NCBI GenBank assembly: GCA_050115495.1
Contig: JASFQK010000036.1
Location: forward strand, 1 to 64,000
Direction of reading: 5' to 3'
Origin: Phycisphaerae bacterium
GTDB taxonomy: Bacteria; Planctomycetota; Phycisphaerae; UBA1845; Fen-1342
Length of the DNA stretch: 64,000 nucleotides
The number at the start of each line of letters is the position of its first letter. The first letter of the stretch is position 1. Below the pieces are notes generated by a model that did no database searches, was not told where the DNA came from, and saw only the letters and a program-made list of their open reading frames with translations. Of the stretch, positions 1 through 8,855 are shown one piece after another. The translations under genes were made by a program, and so were the position numbers.

Positions 1-212
1 CCGCTGGCCAGTACTTCACCCAACGTTACACCATCTGGAAGCAAAACGGCCGCCAGCCGGCGTCACCTCCCGCCAACCACCCCCAGCCGGCGTCACGCTC
101 CTGGCTCCCCCGCCTCCTCGCCAACCTCTTACTCCGGCGACAACCACCCCCACCGCCCACTTCTTCCACCAGGAGATCAACCCGCCGCAAACGTGCGAAC
201 GCACACACGTAG
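1..212 (+). CDS. Possible 3' end of an upstream gene (partial, hypothetical)
   Basis: Frame starting at nt 3 is open (AGQYFTQRYTIWKQNGRQP...AHT*) to TAG 210-212; the first codons have GC-rich third positions; a REP cluster follows directly. Confidence 0.3.
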   Translation, partial: AGQYFTQRYTIWKQNGRQPASPPANHPQPASRSWLPRLLANLLLRRQPPPPPTSSTRRSTRRKRANAHT

Positions 213-229
213 GGCGCCGCGCGGCGGTC

Positions 230-425
230 GACGTCGGCCACGGGGGGCCGACGCTACGGGACGGCCGGCACCGAGGCCGGCTGCTACGGAACGACGAAAG
301 ACATGCCGGCGCCTAAAGCTTCAGCATGCCACACTCCGGCTCAAGGCTGATAGCCGATAGCTGACGGCTGATGGCTGATGGCTGATGGCTCTCCAAAGAC
401 GGCCAGCACGGAGACCGGCCGCTAC
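230..425. repeat. Mosaic REP cluster: three 28-bp GTAG-type palindromes (230-257, 260-287, 398-425), a CATGC..GCATG module (297-335) and a (GCTGAYR)6 heptamer tract (346-390)
   Basis: Units recur elsewhere in the window (725-781, 1853-2101, 7015-7099, 37878-38123); the 28-mers end in CTAC (GTAG on the other strand) next to a hairpin. Confidence 0.85.
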
Positions 426-724
426 GCCACGCCGTGTTGCCTTGCCCGTGCCCCGGCCACCCGCCAATACGCGACAGAATCCGCCAAAATCCGCCAGAAC
501 CTAGCATTCCTAGGATTCCCCTTTGCCTCAGCCTCGAAGCGCGTCTATCTTTCACGTGCTCACGCAGTTCCCGGGCCCGCCTTGACGGACCCTCGGTCTT
601 CGGAGCCAGGACGTCGATCGAAACGTTGTAGCACGGCTAACCCCGTGTGGTCGGCGACCAAACCCCGAAGACGGATCGTCTCGTGACCCGTGCGTCGGCG
701 GAGCACCTTGCCGAGTGTCGCCCC

Positions 725-781
725 GTAGCGGCCGGTCTCCGTGCCGGCCGTCCGTAGCGTCGGCCCCCCGTGGCCGACGTC
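725..781. repeat. Two tandem 28-bp GTAG REP units, inverted relative to 230-287
   Basis: gtagcggccggtctccgtgccggccgtc and gtagcgtcggccccccgtggccgacgtc are reverse complements of the unit types at 260/398 and 230. Confidence 0.85.
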
Positions 782-966
782 GACCGGCGACGACCGTTCA
801 CCTCGGTGAACACGGCGATGGTGCTCAGAGGACGTCGCTCGCATCGGCGAACGCCAGGACACGGCTGCCTGCACGGAACCGCACCCTCGCGGTCACTCAG
901 CGCAGCACCGGAGCGGATCTTTGACAACCGAATACGCGTCCTCGGCCCACGAGCAAGCTGCGATGC

Positions 967-1068
967 AGGGGCAAAGGGGCAGAGGGGCAAAGGGGCAAAG
1001 GAGCACAGGTAGCCAAACCGGCCGGCGGCCGGTCTTCTGCCTCGTTGCCTGGTTGCCTAGTTGCCTTG
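967..1068. repeat. Octamer tandem tracts (AGGGGCAA)~5 and (TTGCCTNG)3 around a short palindrome
   Basis: Direct reading: 967-1009 and 1045-1068, with accggccg-g-cggccggt between them. Confidence 0.75.
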
Positions 1069-1077
1069 GTTCCCCCC

Positions 1078-1083
1078 TATAAT
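1078..1083 (+). promoter_or_regulatory. sigma70 -10 box TATAAT 7 nt before the rsmE ATG (probable leaderless transcript)
   Basis: tataat-tcccccc-ATG; no Shine-Dalgarno. Confidence 0.55.
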
Positions 1084-1090
1084 TCCCCCC

Positions 1091-1846
1091 ATGGACCCGC
1101 CGTGGCTCTATTGCCCGCAGCTTGCCCCGGGCGAGATGGCGCTCGACGACGCCGAGGGACGACACGCCGAACGCAGTCGGCGTTTGCGGCCCGGCGACGC
1201 CGTCACGCTCTTCGACGGCCGCGGCCGGCTCGCTCCGGCCCGACTGGTCGACAAGTCGGCCGCCGCCGGCAGTCGGAGGTCCAAGCGGGCTCCGCAGACG
1301 TGTGCCCTCGTCGAACTCATCGAGCATGTTCCGGCCTCGACGGCGGCACTGACGCTCATCACCGCCGCCTGCAAGGGGCCGCGGCTCGACTGGCTCGTCG
1401 AGAAATGCACCGAGCTCGGCGTGACCACACTCATCTTCGCCGAGTTCGCCCGCTCCGTCGTGCATCTCGACGATCGCCACCTGGCCAAGCTGACGCGGAC
1501 GGCGGTCGAAGCGTGCAAGCAGGCCGGCCGGCCGTGGCTGCCGCGATTCGAACTCGCCGCGGACCTGGCCGCCGCCCTCAAGCCCGCCGCCGGCGACCTG
1601 CTGCTCGTCGCTCACCCCGACCCGACGGCGGACCCACTCGGGCCGTGGCTCGTGCATCACGCCCGGCGGACCGAGCGGCTGGCGACCGTCGTCGGCCCCG
1701 AAGGTGGCCTTACGAGCGACGAATGCGACCTGCTGCGCAAGGCCGGGGCTCACTTCGTACGGCTGGGGGCCCACATCCTCCGCGTCGAGACGGCGGCGGT
1801 GGCGCTGGCGGCTCACTGGGCGACGGCGGTTCCCGAGAACGGCTGA
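1091..1846 (+). CDS. rsmE: 16S rRNA (uracil1498-N3)-methyltransferase RsmE
   Basis: HAERSRRL, VEKCTELGV, EACKQAGR, VVGPEGG and LGAHILRVETAA SPOUT motifs. Confidence 0.93.
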   Translation: MDPPWLYCPQLAPGEMALDDAEGRHAERSRRLRPGDAVTLFDGRGRLAPARLVDKSAAAGSRRSKRAPQTCALVELIEHVPASTAALTLITAACKGPRLDWLVEKCTELGVTTLIFAEFARSVVHLDDRHLAKLTRTAVEACKQAGRPWLPRFELAADLAAALKPAAGDLLLVAHPDPTADPLGPWLVHHARRTERLATVVGPEGGLTSDECDLLRKAGAHFVRLGAHILRVETAAVALAAHWATAVPENG

Positions 1847-1852
1847 CGGCCC

Positions 1853-2101
1853 GTAGCGTCGGCCCCCTGTGGCCGACGTCGAGTGCAGCGTTCGCGAAGC
1901 ACTGGTGGGCAAGCCACCAGTGGCCCCCGGCGCTGCCTGTCCGAGCCCCGAGCGGTAGCGAGCGGGTCGTTTACGCGGAAAAGACATGCCGGCGCCTTCG
2001 GCTTCAGCATGCCACACTTTGGCTGACGGCTGACGGCTGACGGCTGACGGCTGACGGCTGACGGCTCCCCGAAGACGGCCGGCACGGAGACCGGCCGCTA
2101 C
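1853..2101. repeat. Mosaic REP cluster between convergent rsmE and kdsA
   Basis: GTAG REPs 1853-1880 and 2074-2101; cactggtgg-gcaag-ccaccagtg hairpin 1900-1922; 35-bp unit 1937-1971 identical to 37922-37956; module 1980-2018 similar to 297-335; (GCTGACG)6 at 2022-2066. Confidence 0.85.
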
Positions 2102-2127
2102 AGGAGGGGCGATGCGAGACCCGGGTG

Positions 2128-2955
2128 TTACAACGCCGCGCGGATGCGGGCCAGGGTCTCCAGTAGGGGGGCAAGGTCGTCGAGGGGCCAGACGGTCGCG
2201 GCGTCGCTGCGGGCGTGCGGCGGGTCGTCGTGCACTTCCATGAAGACGGCGTCGACGCCGGCGGCGACGGCCGCTCGGGCGAGCAGGGGGATGAACTCGC
2301 GTCGGCCGCCGGTGACCTGCCCGCCGCCGCCGGGGTACTGGACCGAGTGCGTGGCGTCGAAGACAACGGGGGCGAAGGCCCGCATGGTTTGCAGGCCGGG
2401 CATGTCGTTGACGAGGCGTTCGTAGCCGAAGAACGTGCCGCGGTCGGTGACGAGGACGTTGTCGTTGCCGGTCTCGCGGACCTTCTCGACGGCGAGGGCC
2501 ATCTTCTCGGGAGCGAGGAACTGCCCCTTCTTGATGTTCACGCAACGGCGCGTGCGGCCGCAGGCCAGCAGCAGGTCGGTCTGCCGGCAGAGGAACGCCG
2601 GCACCTGGAGGCAATCGAGCACTTCGCCGGCGGCGGCGGCCTGGGCGGGCTCGTGCACGTCGGAGAGGACGGGCACGCCGATCTCCTGGCGGACGCGCTG
2701 GAGGATGCGCAGACCGTCTTCGAGGCCGGGGCCACGGTAGGAATGCACGCTGGAGCGGTTGGCCTTGTCGTAGCTGGCTTTGAAGACGTAGGGCAGGCCG
2801 ACGTGCTTGGCGATCGCCGCGATCTTCTCCGCCAGCCGGAGCGAGTGATCGAGCGATTCGATCACGCAGGGGCCGGCGATCAGCACCAGCGGCTGGCCGT
2901 CGCCCACGGTGTAGGGGCCCAGTTTCGCCGACTTGGGTTCGTTCTGCTCGTTCAT
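2128..2955 (-). CDS. kdsA: 3-deoxy-8-phosphooctulonate (KDO8P) synthase
   Basis: IAGPCVIES, FKASYDKANRSS, QVPAFLCRQTDLL, KKGQFLAP, FDATHSVQ; start placed at the ATG 7 nt after TATGAT (alternative 2967). Confidence 0.95.
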   Translation of the reverse strand: MNEQNEPKSAKLGPYTVGDGQPLVLIAGPCVIESLDHSLRLAEKIAAIAKHVGLPYVFKASYDKANRSSVHSYRGPGLEDGLRILQRVRQEIGVPVLSDVHEPAQAAAAGEVLDCLQVPAFLCRQTDLLLACGRTRRCVNIKKGQFLAPEKMALAVEKVRETGNDNVLVTDRGTFFGYERLVNDMPGLQTMRAFAPVVFDATHSVQYPGGGGQVTGGRREFIPLLARAAVAAGVDAVFMEVHDDPPHARSDAATVWPLDDLAPLLETLARIRAAL

Positions 2956-2985
2956 GTTGCGGATCATATCACGGCCGGCGGGCGG

Positions 2986-4323
2986 TCAGAAGTTGTTCCA
3001 CCGAACGGCCCGGCAGGCGATCCAGTAGCGCCAGAGCCACACGGGCACCGGGGCGACGGTTACTCCGAGCCACAGCCAGGCGTACAGCGGCATACCCAGA
3101 TACCATTGCGAACCGGGGAACTGCGTACCGGCACCCAGTGTCCGGAGCAACTGGACTGCGCCGGAGAACAGGCACCACGCCGCGACGATTGCCCAGATGA
3201 ACGCCGTTTCGTAGGTGCATATCTTCGCCAGCCAGCGCCCGTCCGGCAGTGATTTGCGCACGAAGCACCAGGTGGCCACTGCGGCCGCCGTCACGCGGTG
3301 CAGCAACCAGAAGCGCAAAACAGAACCCAATGCGTTCGTCACCATGGCGGCGATGGAAAGGGGGTCGAACCACATCCACAGATCGTACTCGTTGAGGTAG
3401 GCCCACAGGAGCAGCATGCCCAGCGACCAAACAAACAGCGCGAGCCACATGGCCAGCAGGGTCCAGGTGACGAAGCCCCGCTCGGCCGTGCTCCTGGTTC
3501 GGAGGCGCAGCTTGCCATAGAAGGCCGTCGGTCGGAGGAGGACGTCTAACGTCGTTCGCAGCCAGCCGCGGACGCTGCGCTCTTGTGACCAGGCGCTGCC
3601 CGGCCGGTGGAGGCTCTCCACCAGCGACTCGACGAAGACCAGCCCGCACTCGGGGCAGCGGCCGGACTCGGGGCGGTACGTGAGGTCGTAGCCGCAGCCC
3701 TCACACCGTGGCGGAAGGAGCGGCCCCGGCACGGCGTCGGCCATGGCCAGCACGGCTCGATCCACCCACCACAGCGTGCAGATCAGCATACCGAATATGC
3801 ACCAGGGTGGGACGAACGCGGCGTACCAGCCGAGCGTGTCGTCGAGCGAGAAGCCGGCGGCCTCCAGCACGAAGTGGAGTCGCAGGACTGCGACACACAG
3901 GGAGGCCGGGCCTAACGTTCCGCCGACGACGCGTACCGTTCGCCAGTACGACGCCGCCAGCGGGCCCTCGCGGTGCACCCACGGCCACCACAGCCACGCG
4001 AGCACGAGCACAGCCAGCATCACGTACAGCGCCGTCAAGGAGAACATCCAACAGGCCGTGGTTCCCCATTCCGGCGGCACGGCGGGCGCTTTGTCGCGGA
4101 TGTAGACCTCGCAGGCCTCCAGGCCGAGCAGCACGCTAACCAGGGCGAGAATCCAGATGGAGAACGCTACGGCGTAGGTGCCTTTCCGTGCGGTTGCCAG
4201 AAGCTCCGCCGCCCGTGCGGGGGCCAGCAGGCAGGTGTACGGCGCGAGGAACGTGGCCAGCGGTGTGGGTGCCGCGGTGCCGTCGTTCGGTGTGGTGTCG
4301 GTTTCGTGCTCTCCCGGCGTCAA
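2986..4323 (-). CDS. Multi-pass membrane protein with central CxxC..CxxC zinc ribbon (paralog B)
   Basis: Many hydrophobic segments; PPRCEGCGYDLTYRPESGRCPECG; TTG start inferred from the GGGGAG SD and alignment with the paralog at 5728. Confidence 0.8.
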   Translation of the reverse strand: MTPGEHETDTTPNDGTAAPTPLATFLAPYTCLLAPARAAELLATARKGTYAVAFSIWILALVSVLLGLEACEVYIRDKAPAVPPEWGTTACWMFSLTALYVMLAVLVLAWLWWPWVHREGPLAASYWRTVRVVGGTLGPASLCVAVLRLHFVLEAAGFSLDDTLGWYAAFVPPWCIFGMLICTLWWVDRAVLAMADAVPGPLLPPRCEGCGYDLTYRPESGRCPECGLVFVESLVESLHRPGSAWSQERSVRGWLRTTLDVLLRPTAFYGKLRLRTRSTAERGFVTWTLLAMWLALFVWSLGMLLLWAYLNEYDLWMWFDPLSIAAMVTNALGSVLRFWLLHRVTAAAVATWCFVRKSLPDGRWLAKICTYETAFIWAIVAAWCLFSGAVQLLRTLGAGTQFPGSQWYLGMPLYAWLWLGVTVAPVPVWLWRYWIACRAVRWNNF

Positions 4324-4390
4324 TGGTTTGCTCCCCGCGACGGTCACCAGCCTCTATGTGCCGGCCGCCTACTCAAGGGCCGGCAGGTGG

Positions 4391-5728
4391 TCAGAAGTTG
4401 TTCCAGCGGACGGCTCGGCAGGCGATCCAGTAGCGCCAGAGCCACACGAATGACAGCGCAGCCGTGATGCCGAGCCACGCCCAAAACGGCAGCGGTATGC
4501 CCCAGAACCACCCCGAGAAGAGGAATCGCGAGGGTCCGGCGAGCGACACCAGGATGACGATCGCCGTGAAGAGCAAGCCCCACAGGATGCAGTACGCCCA
4601 AAGGAACGCGACCTCATAGGTGCAGATCCTGGCCATCCACCGTCCGTCCGGCAGGGACCCGCGAGCGAAACACCAGGTGGCCATCACCGCCGCCCCGACG
4701 CGGTGCCCCGCCCAGCAGCAGAGCGTGCCGATCGCGATCACCGTCGAGGCATGCAGGATCTCGCTAACCACGTAACCCAGGGGCGGCCGCCAGCGGGAGG
4801 TCAGCATGTCCGCGAGCAGGATGCCGCTGGCCCAGACGACCGCTCCGCACCAGATGGCCGGGAAGGTCCACGTGGTAAAGCCCCGTTCGGCGGCTCGCCC
4901 GGTACGCAGCTGCAACGCGGCGTAGAAGCGCGATGGCCGGAATAGAACGAACAGCGTGGTTCGCAGCCAGCCGGCCAGGCTGTGTTTGCGCGCCCAGGGG
5001 CTCCCCGGGCGTCGCCGGCCCTGCGTCAGCGACTCGGCCAGCGCCAGCCCGCACTCCGGGCAGCGGCCGTGCTCGGGGCGGTACGTCAGGTCGTAGCCGC
5101 AGCCCTCGCAGCGCGGCGGGACCAGCGGGCCCGGGATGCCCTCGGCCATCGACATCACGGCCTCACGCATCCAGATCAGCGTCGCGACCCCGCCGGCCAG
5201 CGTCACCCAAATCACAGTCACTTCCGGGTCGACCCACGGCGCTATCCACTGCACGCCGTCCTGCCATTCTGCCAGGAGGCCGAGACGAAGCACAGCCGTG
5301 CACGCTGTGGCGGGTCCCAGCGATGCGCCGACCACGCGCGCCGTCCGCCAGTATGATTCCGCCAGCGAGCCCTCGCGGTGCACCCACGGCCACCACAGCC
5401 ATGCCAGCACCAGCACGGTGAGCGTCGCGGCCAGCAGTGTCAGGCCCAGCATCCAGCCGGCCAGGGCGCTCAATTCGGGTGGTACGCCAAACGGCACAGC
5501 GCGGGAGTACGTACCGACCGCCTCCAGCCCGAACAGCACGCTCGCCAGTACGAACGTCCAGATGAAGTAGGCGATGGCGTACGTGCCGCTGCCCACCGCC
5601 AGCAGCCGCTCCGCCGCCCGGCTCGGTGACAGCAGGCAGGCGTACGGGGCCACGACCGCCTGCAACAGCGCGGTCGCGCCGGCGTCGCTGTTCGTCGCCG
5701 CGTCAACGTCGTGCTCTTCCGGCGTCAA
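4391..5728 (-). CDS. Multi-pass membrane protein with central CxxC..CxxC zinc ribbon (paralog A)
   Basis: PPRCEGCGYDLTYRPEHGRCPECG; C-terminus WLWRYWIACRAVRWNNF identical to the neighbour; AGGAG SD before TTG. Confidence 0.8.
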   Translation of the reverse strand: MTPEEHDVDAATNSDAGATALLQAVVAPYACLLSPSRAAERLLAVGSGTYAIAYFIWTFVLASVLFGLEAVGTYSRAVPFGVPPELSALAGWMLGLTLLAATLTVLVLAWLWWPWVHREGSLAESYWRTARVVGASLGPATACTAVLRLGLLAEWQDGVQWIAPWVDPEVTVIWVTLAGGVATLIWMREAVMSMAEGIPGPLVPPRCEGCGYDLTYRPEHGRCPECGLALAESLTQGRRRPGSPWARKHSLAGWLRTTLFVLFRPSRFYAALQLRTGRAAERGFTTWTFPAIWCGAVVWASGILLADMLTSRWRPPLGYVVSEILHASTVIAIGTLCCWAGHRVGAAVMATWCFARGSLPDGRWMARICTYEVAFLWAYCILWGLLFTAIVILVSLAGPSRFLFSGWFWGIPLPFWAWLGITAALSFVWLWRYWIACRAVRWNNF

Positions 5729-5847
5729 TGGGCTCCTCCCCAGGTCGGGCCCGGTCCGGGAACGTGCGACACGTTCAACCGGGACGAAGGCCCCGCAGAT
5801 CGCATCAGGATACGCCCCCCACTGTTCCGGTCAACGGCGGCGGGTCG

Positions 5848-6912
5848 TCAGGGCACGACCTCGATCAGGTGGTCGCCAGTCTGCGGCACGACCTCACCGA
5901 TGACCCATAGCGGCTCGCCAGCCGCCTGGAACCGGGCCTGCAAGTCGGGGACCTGCGCGGCGGGAATCGCCGCCAGCAGACCGCCCGAGGTCTCCGGCGT
6001 GAACAGAAGCTGCTGAAGCTCTTCAGCGACGCCGTCGGCGAACGAGACGCGCGGGGCGTAGACCTGCTGGTTGCGGGCGGTGCCGCCGGGGAAGAGCCAC
6101 ATGTCGGCGTATTCCTGCGCGCCGGGGAGGAAGGGCAGGGCGCTAGCGTTGAATCGCAGGCAGGCGTTGCTCTGGCCGGCCATTTCCGATCCGTGGCCCA
6201 GCAGGGCGAAGCCGGTGACGTCGGTGCAGGCGTGCACGTCCACGGTGGCGAGCAGCTCGGCCGCGCGGCGGTTGAGCTTGAGCATCGAGGCGACCGCGCC
6301 GTTCACGTGCTCGACCTCGGCGGCGCCGGCCTTAAGGACGGTGGTGATGATGCCGACGCCGAGGCACTTGGTCAGGACGAGGGCGTCGCCGACGTGGGCC
6401 CCGCCCTTGGTCCAGATGCGCTGGGGGTGGACGAAGCCGAGGGCGACGAGGCCGTATTTCGGCTCGCGGTCGTCGACCGAGTGGCCGCCGACGAGCACAG
6501 CGCCGGCCTCGGCCACTTTCTCCGCGCCGCCGCGGAGGATCTCGGTGATGACCTCCGGCGGGAGGCACTCGGAGAGGCAGCAGATGTTCAGGGCCATGAT
6601 GACGCGGCCGCCCATGGCGTAGACGTCGCTAAGGGCATTCGTGGCCGCGATTGCCCCGTATGTGTACGGGTCGTCGACGATCGGCGTGAAGAAGTCGACG
6701 GTGGCGATGACCGCCTGGTCGTCCGAAACGCGGTACACGGCGGCGTCGTCGCGCAGGTCCCCCAGCCCGACCAGCAATTGCGGAAACTGCTCGGGTTGGA
6801 ACATGTCGGCCAGGGGACGCAGTACCTGCGCCAGCGCGTCAGGCGCCATTTTGGCGGCTCAGCCGGCGGCTTTGGTCATCTGCGTCAGGCGTATTGCCTC
6901 TCGCTTGTCCAC
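5848..6912 (-). CDS. selD: Selenide, water dikinase (selenophosphate synthetase), selenocysteine-containing
   Basis: DDAAVY, TVDFFTPIVDDPY, NALSDVYAMGG, GGHSVDD, TDVTGFALLGH, PETSGGLL; upstream in frame GTG-DKREAIRLTQMTKAAG-TGA-AAKMAP with TGA at 6859-6861 in the catalytic C/U-x-x-K position; GGAG SD before GTG 6912. Confidence 0.93.
6817..6861 (-). promoter_or_regulatory. Bacterial SECIS element downstream of the selD UGA
   Basis: mRNA: UGA-N27-GCGCAG-GUA-CUGCGU; short stem with G-containing apical loop resembling the E. coli fdhF SECIS apex. Confidence 0.7.
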
Positions 6913-7014
6913 GCGAACACTCCGATACGCACACAGCCGCCGCAACGCGGTCGGCATACATCAGTATAGGCGCCCGTCAAACGCGCTTTGGCGGGACGGG
7001 CGTCGTTTGCAGTC

Positions 7015-7154
7015 GACGGCCGACACGGAGGTCGGCCGCTACGGACGCGACGCGAGCGTTTCGTCGCATACGACGTCGGCCACGGGGGGCCGGCGCTACT
7101 GGACGGCCGACGCAACGTGCGGCCGTTAACACACCGGTTACAAACCGGTGCCAC
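7015..7154. repeat. REP cluster inside the selenium cluster
   Basis: 28-bp GTAG units 7015-7042 and 7072-7099; caccggtt-aca-aaccggtg-ccac palindrome 7132-7154. Confidence 0.8.
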
Positions 7155-7220
7155 AGAGAAGACGTCCGGTGCAGCGCCCGGGCGCTATACGCGCCACGCC
7201 GAGAGACGTTCGTCCGGACG

Positions 7221-7442
7221 TCACAACTGCTCCAGGCGGTCCAGGGGAACGCCGGCCGCGGCTAGAGCTTGTTCGGCGGCGGTGGCGTCGGTGGCGGCCA
7301 CGCGGACCGCGGAGCCACAATCACTGCTCAGGTGCCGCGGGGTCGGGATGAGCTTCACGGTTAGCCCGGCCCGCTGCAACACGCGCTCCGCCTGAATGGC
7401 GTGGCTCGTGCTGTGCACCAGAATCACGACGTACTCACTCAC
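7221..7442 (-). CDS. DUF3343 family small protein (putative Se/S carrier-like)
   Basis: HSTSHAIQAERVL...LIPTPRHLSSDCG pattern; GTGA overlap with the upstream desulfurase. Confidence 0.85.
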   Translation of the reverse strand: MSEYVVILVHSTSHAIQAERVLQRAGLTVKLIPTPRHLSSDCGSAVRVAATDATAAEQALAAAGVPLDRLEQL

Positions 7443-8641
7443 TGCGTCCCTTCGCGCACTAACTCAGCGACCGCGGCGACGGCTCGGTCCATCTCCGCCG
7501 GCGTATTCGCCGGTCCGGGGGCCAGACGCACCGTGCCGTCGGGCGATGTGCCCAGCGTTCGATGAGCACGCGGGGCACAATGCAGGCCCGGCCGCACCAT
7601 GATTCCGTACCGTTCGTCCAGCTTCTGGGCCAGCACACCCGGGCTCTGACCGGCGACGGTGAACGAGACGACCGCCGTCTGCCGGGCGGCATCGAGCGTG
7701 CCCTGGACCTGCACGCCGGCGAGCACACGCAAGCCGTCGATCAGCCGCTGGGCCAGCACTTGAGCCTGCTGCCGGATTGCTAGCAAGCCGCGTTCCTGCA
7801 CCCAGCGCACGCCCGCCACGAGCCCCGCCAGGCCGACCGTGTTGGGTGTGCCCGCTTCATACTTGTCGGGGAGAAAGGTTGGCTGCTCCTCGCGCTCGGA
7901 GCGGCTGCCGGTGCCGCCTTGCAGCAGGGGGGGCAAGCGGTCGACGTCGAAACCGTCGGCGATCGCCAGCCCGCCTGTGCCGCTCGGACCCATCAGCGAT
8001 TTGTGGCCGGTGAAGGCCAGCAAGTCGATGTGATCCGCCGCCAGGTCGATCGGCCAGCAGCCGGCGGTCTGTGCGGCGTCCACCAGGAAGACGACGCCGC
8101 GCTCGCGGGCGAGCTTGCCGATCTCGCGAATGGGCAGCACAGTGCCGCAGACGTTCGAGGCGTGGTTGGCGACGATCACTCGCGTCTGCGGTTGCAGCAC
8201 CGCCGCCACGGCGTCGGGTTCGAGCGTGCCGTCGGCGGCGCACTCGGCGACGCTCATGGATACGCCGCGGCCGGCGAGCGCGGTCAGCGGACGCATGACC
8301 GCGTTGTGCTCCATACCGGTCGTGACCACGTGGTCGCCCGGGCCGAGCAGGCCGTGCAGAGCGATGTTCAGGGCCATTGTGCCGTTCAGCGTGAACACGA
8401 TCCGCGTCGGATCGGTGACGCCGAGCAGAGCCGCGACCGCCTCACGGGCGTCGAAGCGGATGCGCTCCGCGTCGTTGGCCAGGCGGTGGCCGCTACGCCC
8501 CGGACTCGCGCCGACGTCGCGCATGTACCGCGCCATCGCCTCCAGCACGGTGGCCGGCTTCGGCCACGCCGTGGCGGCGTTGTCGAGGTACAGCACGGCG
8601 GTTTCATTCGCCGGCGACGAGTCCGAGGGGCGCGGGTTCAT
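7439..8641 (-). CDS. Class V aminotransferase, cysteine desulfurase / putative selenocysteine lyase
   Basis: YLDNAAT, EHNAV, HASNVCG, DAAQTAG, FTGHK (PLP Lys), EAGTPN, RPGLHCAP. Confidence 0.9.
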   Translation of the reverse strand: MNPRPSDSSPANETAVLYLDNAATAWPKPATVLEAMARYMRDVGASPGRSGHRLANDAERIRFDAREAVAALLGVTDPTRIVFTLNGTMALNIALHGLLGPGDHVVTTGMEHNAVMRPLTALAGRGVSMSVAECAADGTLEPDAVAAVLQPQTRVIVANHASNVCGTVLPIREIGKLARERGVVFLVDAAQTAGCWPIDLAADHIDLLAFTGHKSLMGPSGTGGLAIADGFDVDRLPPLLQGGTGSRSEREEQPTFLPDKYEAGTPNTVGLAGLVAGVRWVQERGLLAIRQQAQVLAQRLIDGLRVLAGVQVQGTLDAARQTAVVSFTVAGQSPGVLAQKLDERYGIMVRPGLHCAPRAHRTLGTSPDGTVRLAPGPANTPAEMDRAVAAVAELVREGTQ

Positions 8642-8850
8642 TTCTTGAACGTCAGCTCGAACACGTCGTCCTTCTCTTCGCAGACGCCTTCCCAGCCGAG
8701 CTTCTCGGCGGCCCGCGTGCAGTTAAACACCTGCGTCATCGTATCGACCCAGACCGTTACCTGGCCCTCGCCGGCGTCCTGGAGGGCCTTACGGGTCAGG
8801 ATCACCGGCTGCGGGCAGGACAGCCCGCGTGCATCCACGTTTGCACTCAT
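8638..8850 (-). CDS. TusA/SirA (YedF-like) sulfur/selenium carrier protein
   Basis: VDARGLSCPQPVILTRKAL (CPxP motif), ~70 aa. Confidence 0.9.
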   Translation of the reverse strand: MSANVDARGLSCPQPVILTRKALQDAGEGQVTVWVDTMTQVFNCTRAAEKLGWEGVCEEKDDVFELTFKK

Positions 8851-8855
8851 TGCAT

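Noticed and set aside
313..2614. Small and long ORFs crossing the repeat clusters (SRQPSAV, KGQRG, TGGRRY peptides)
   Set aside because: These are translations of heptamer, octamer and REP DNA, or antisense to rsmE; no coding signal
6850..6912. selD as a truncated gene or pseudogene
   Set aside because: The stop is a TGA exactly at the catalytic Cys/Sec site with a downstream SECIS-like hairpin
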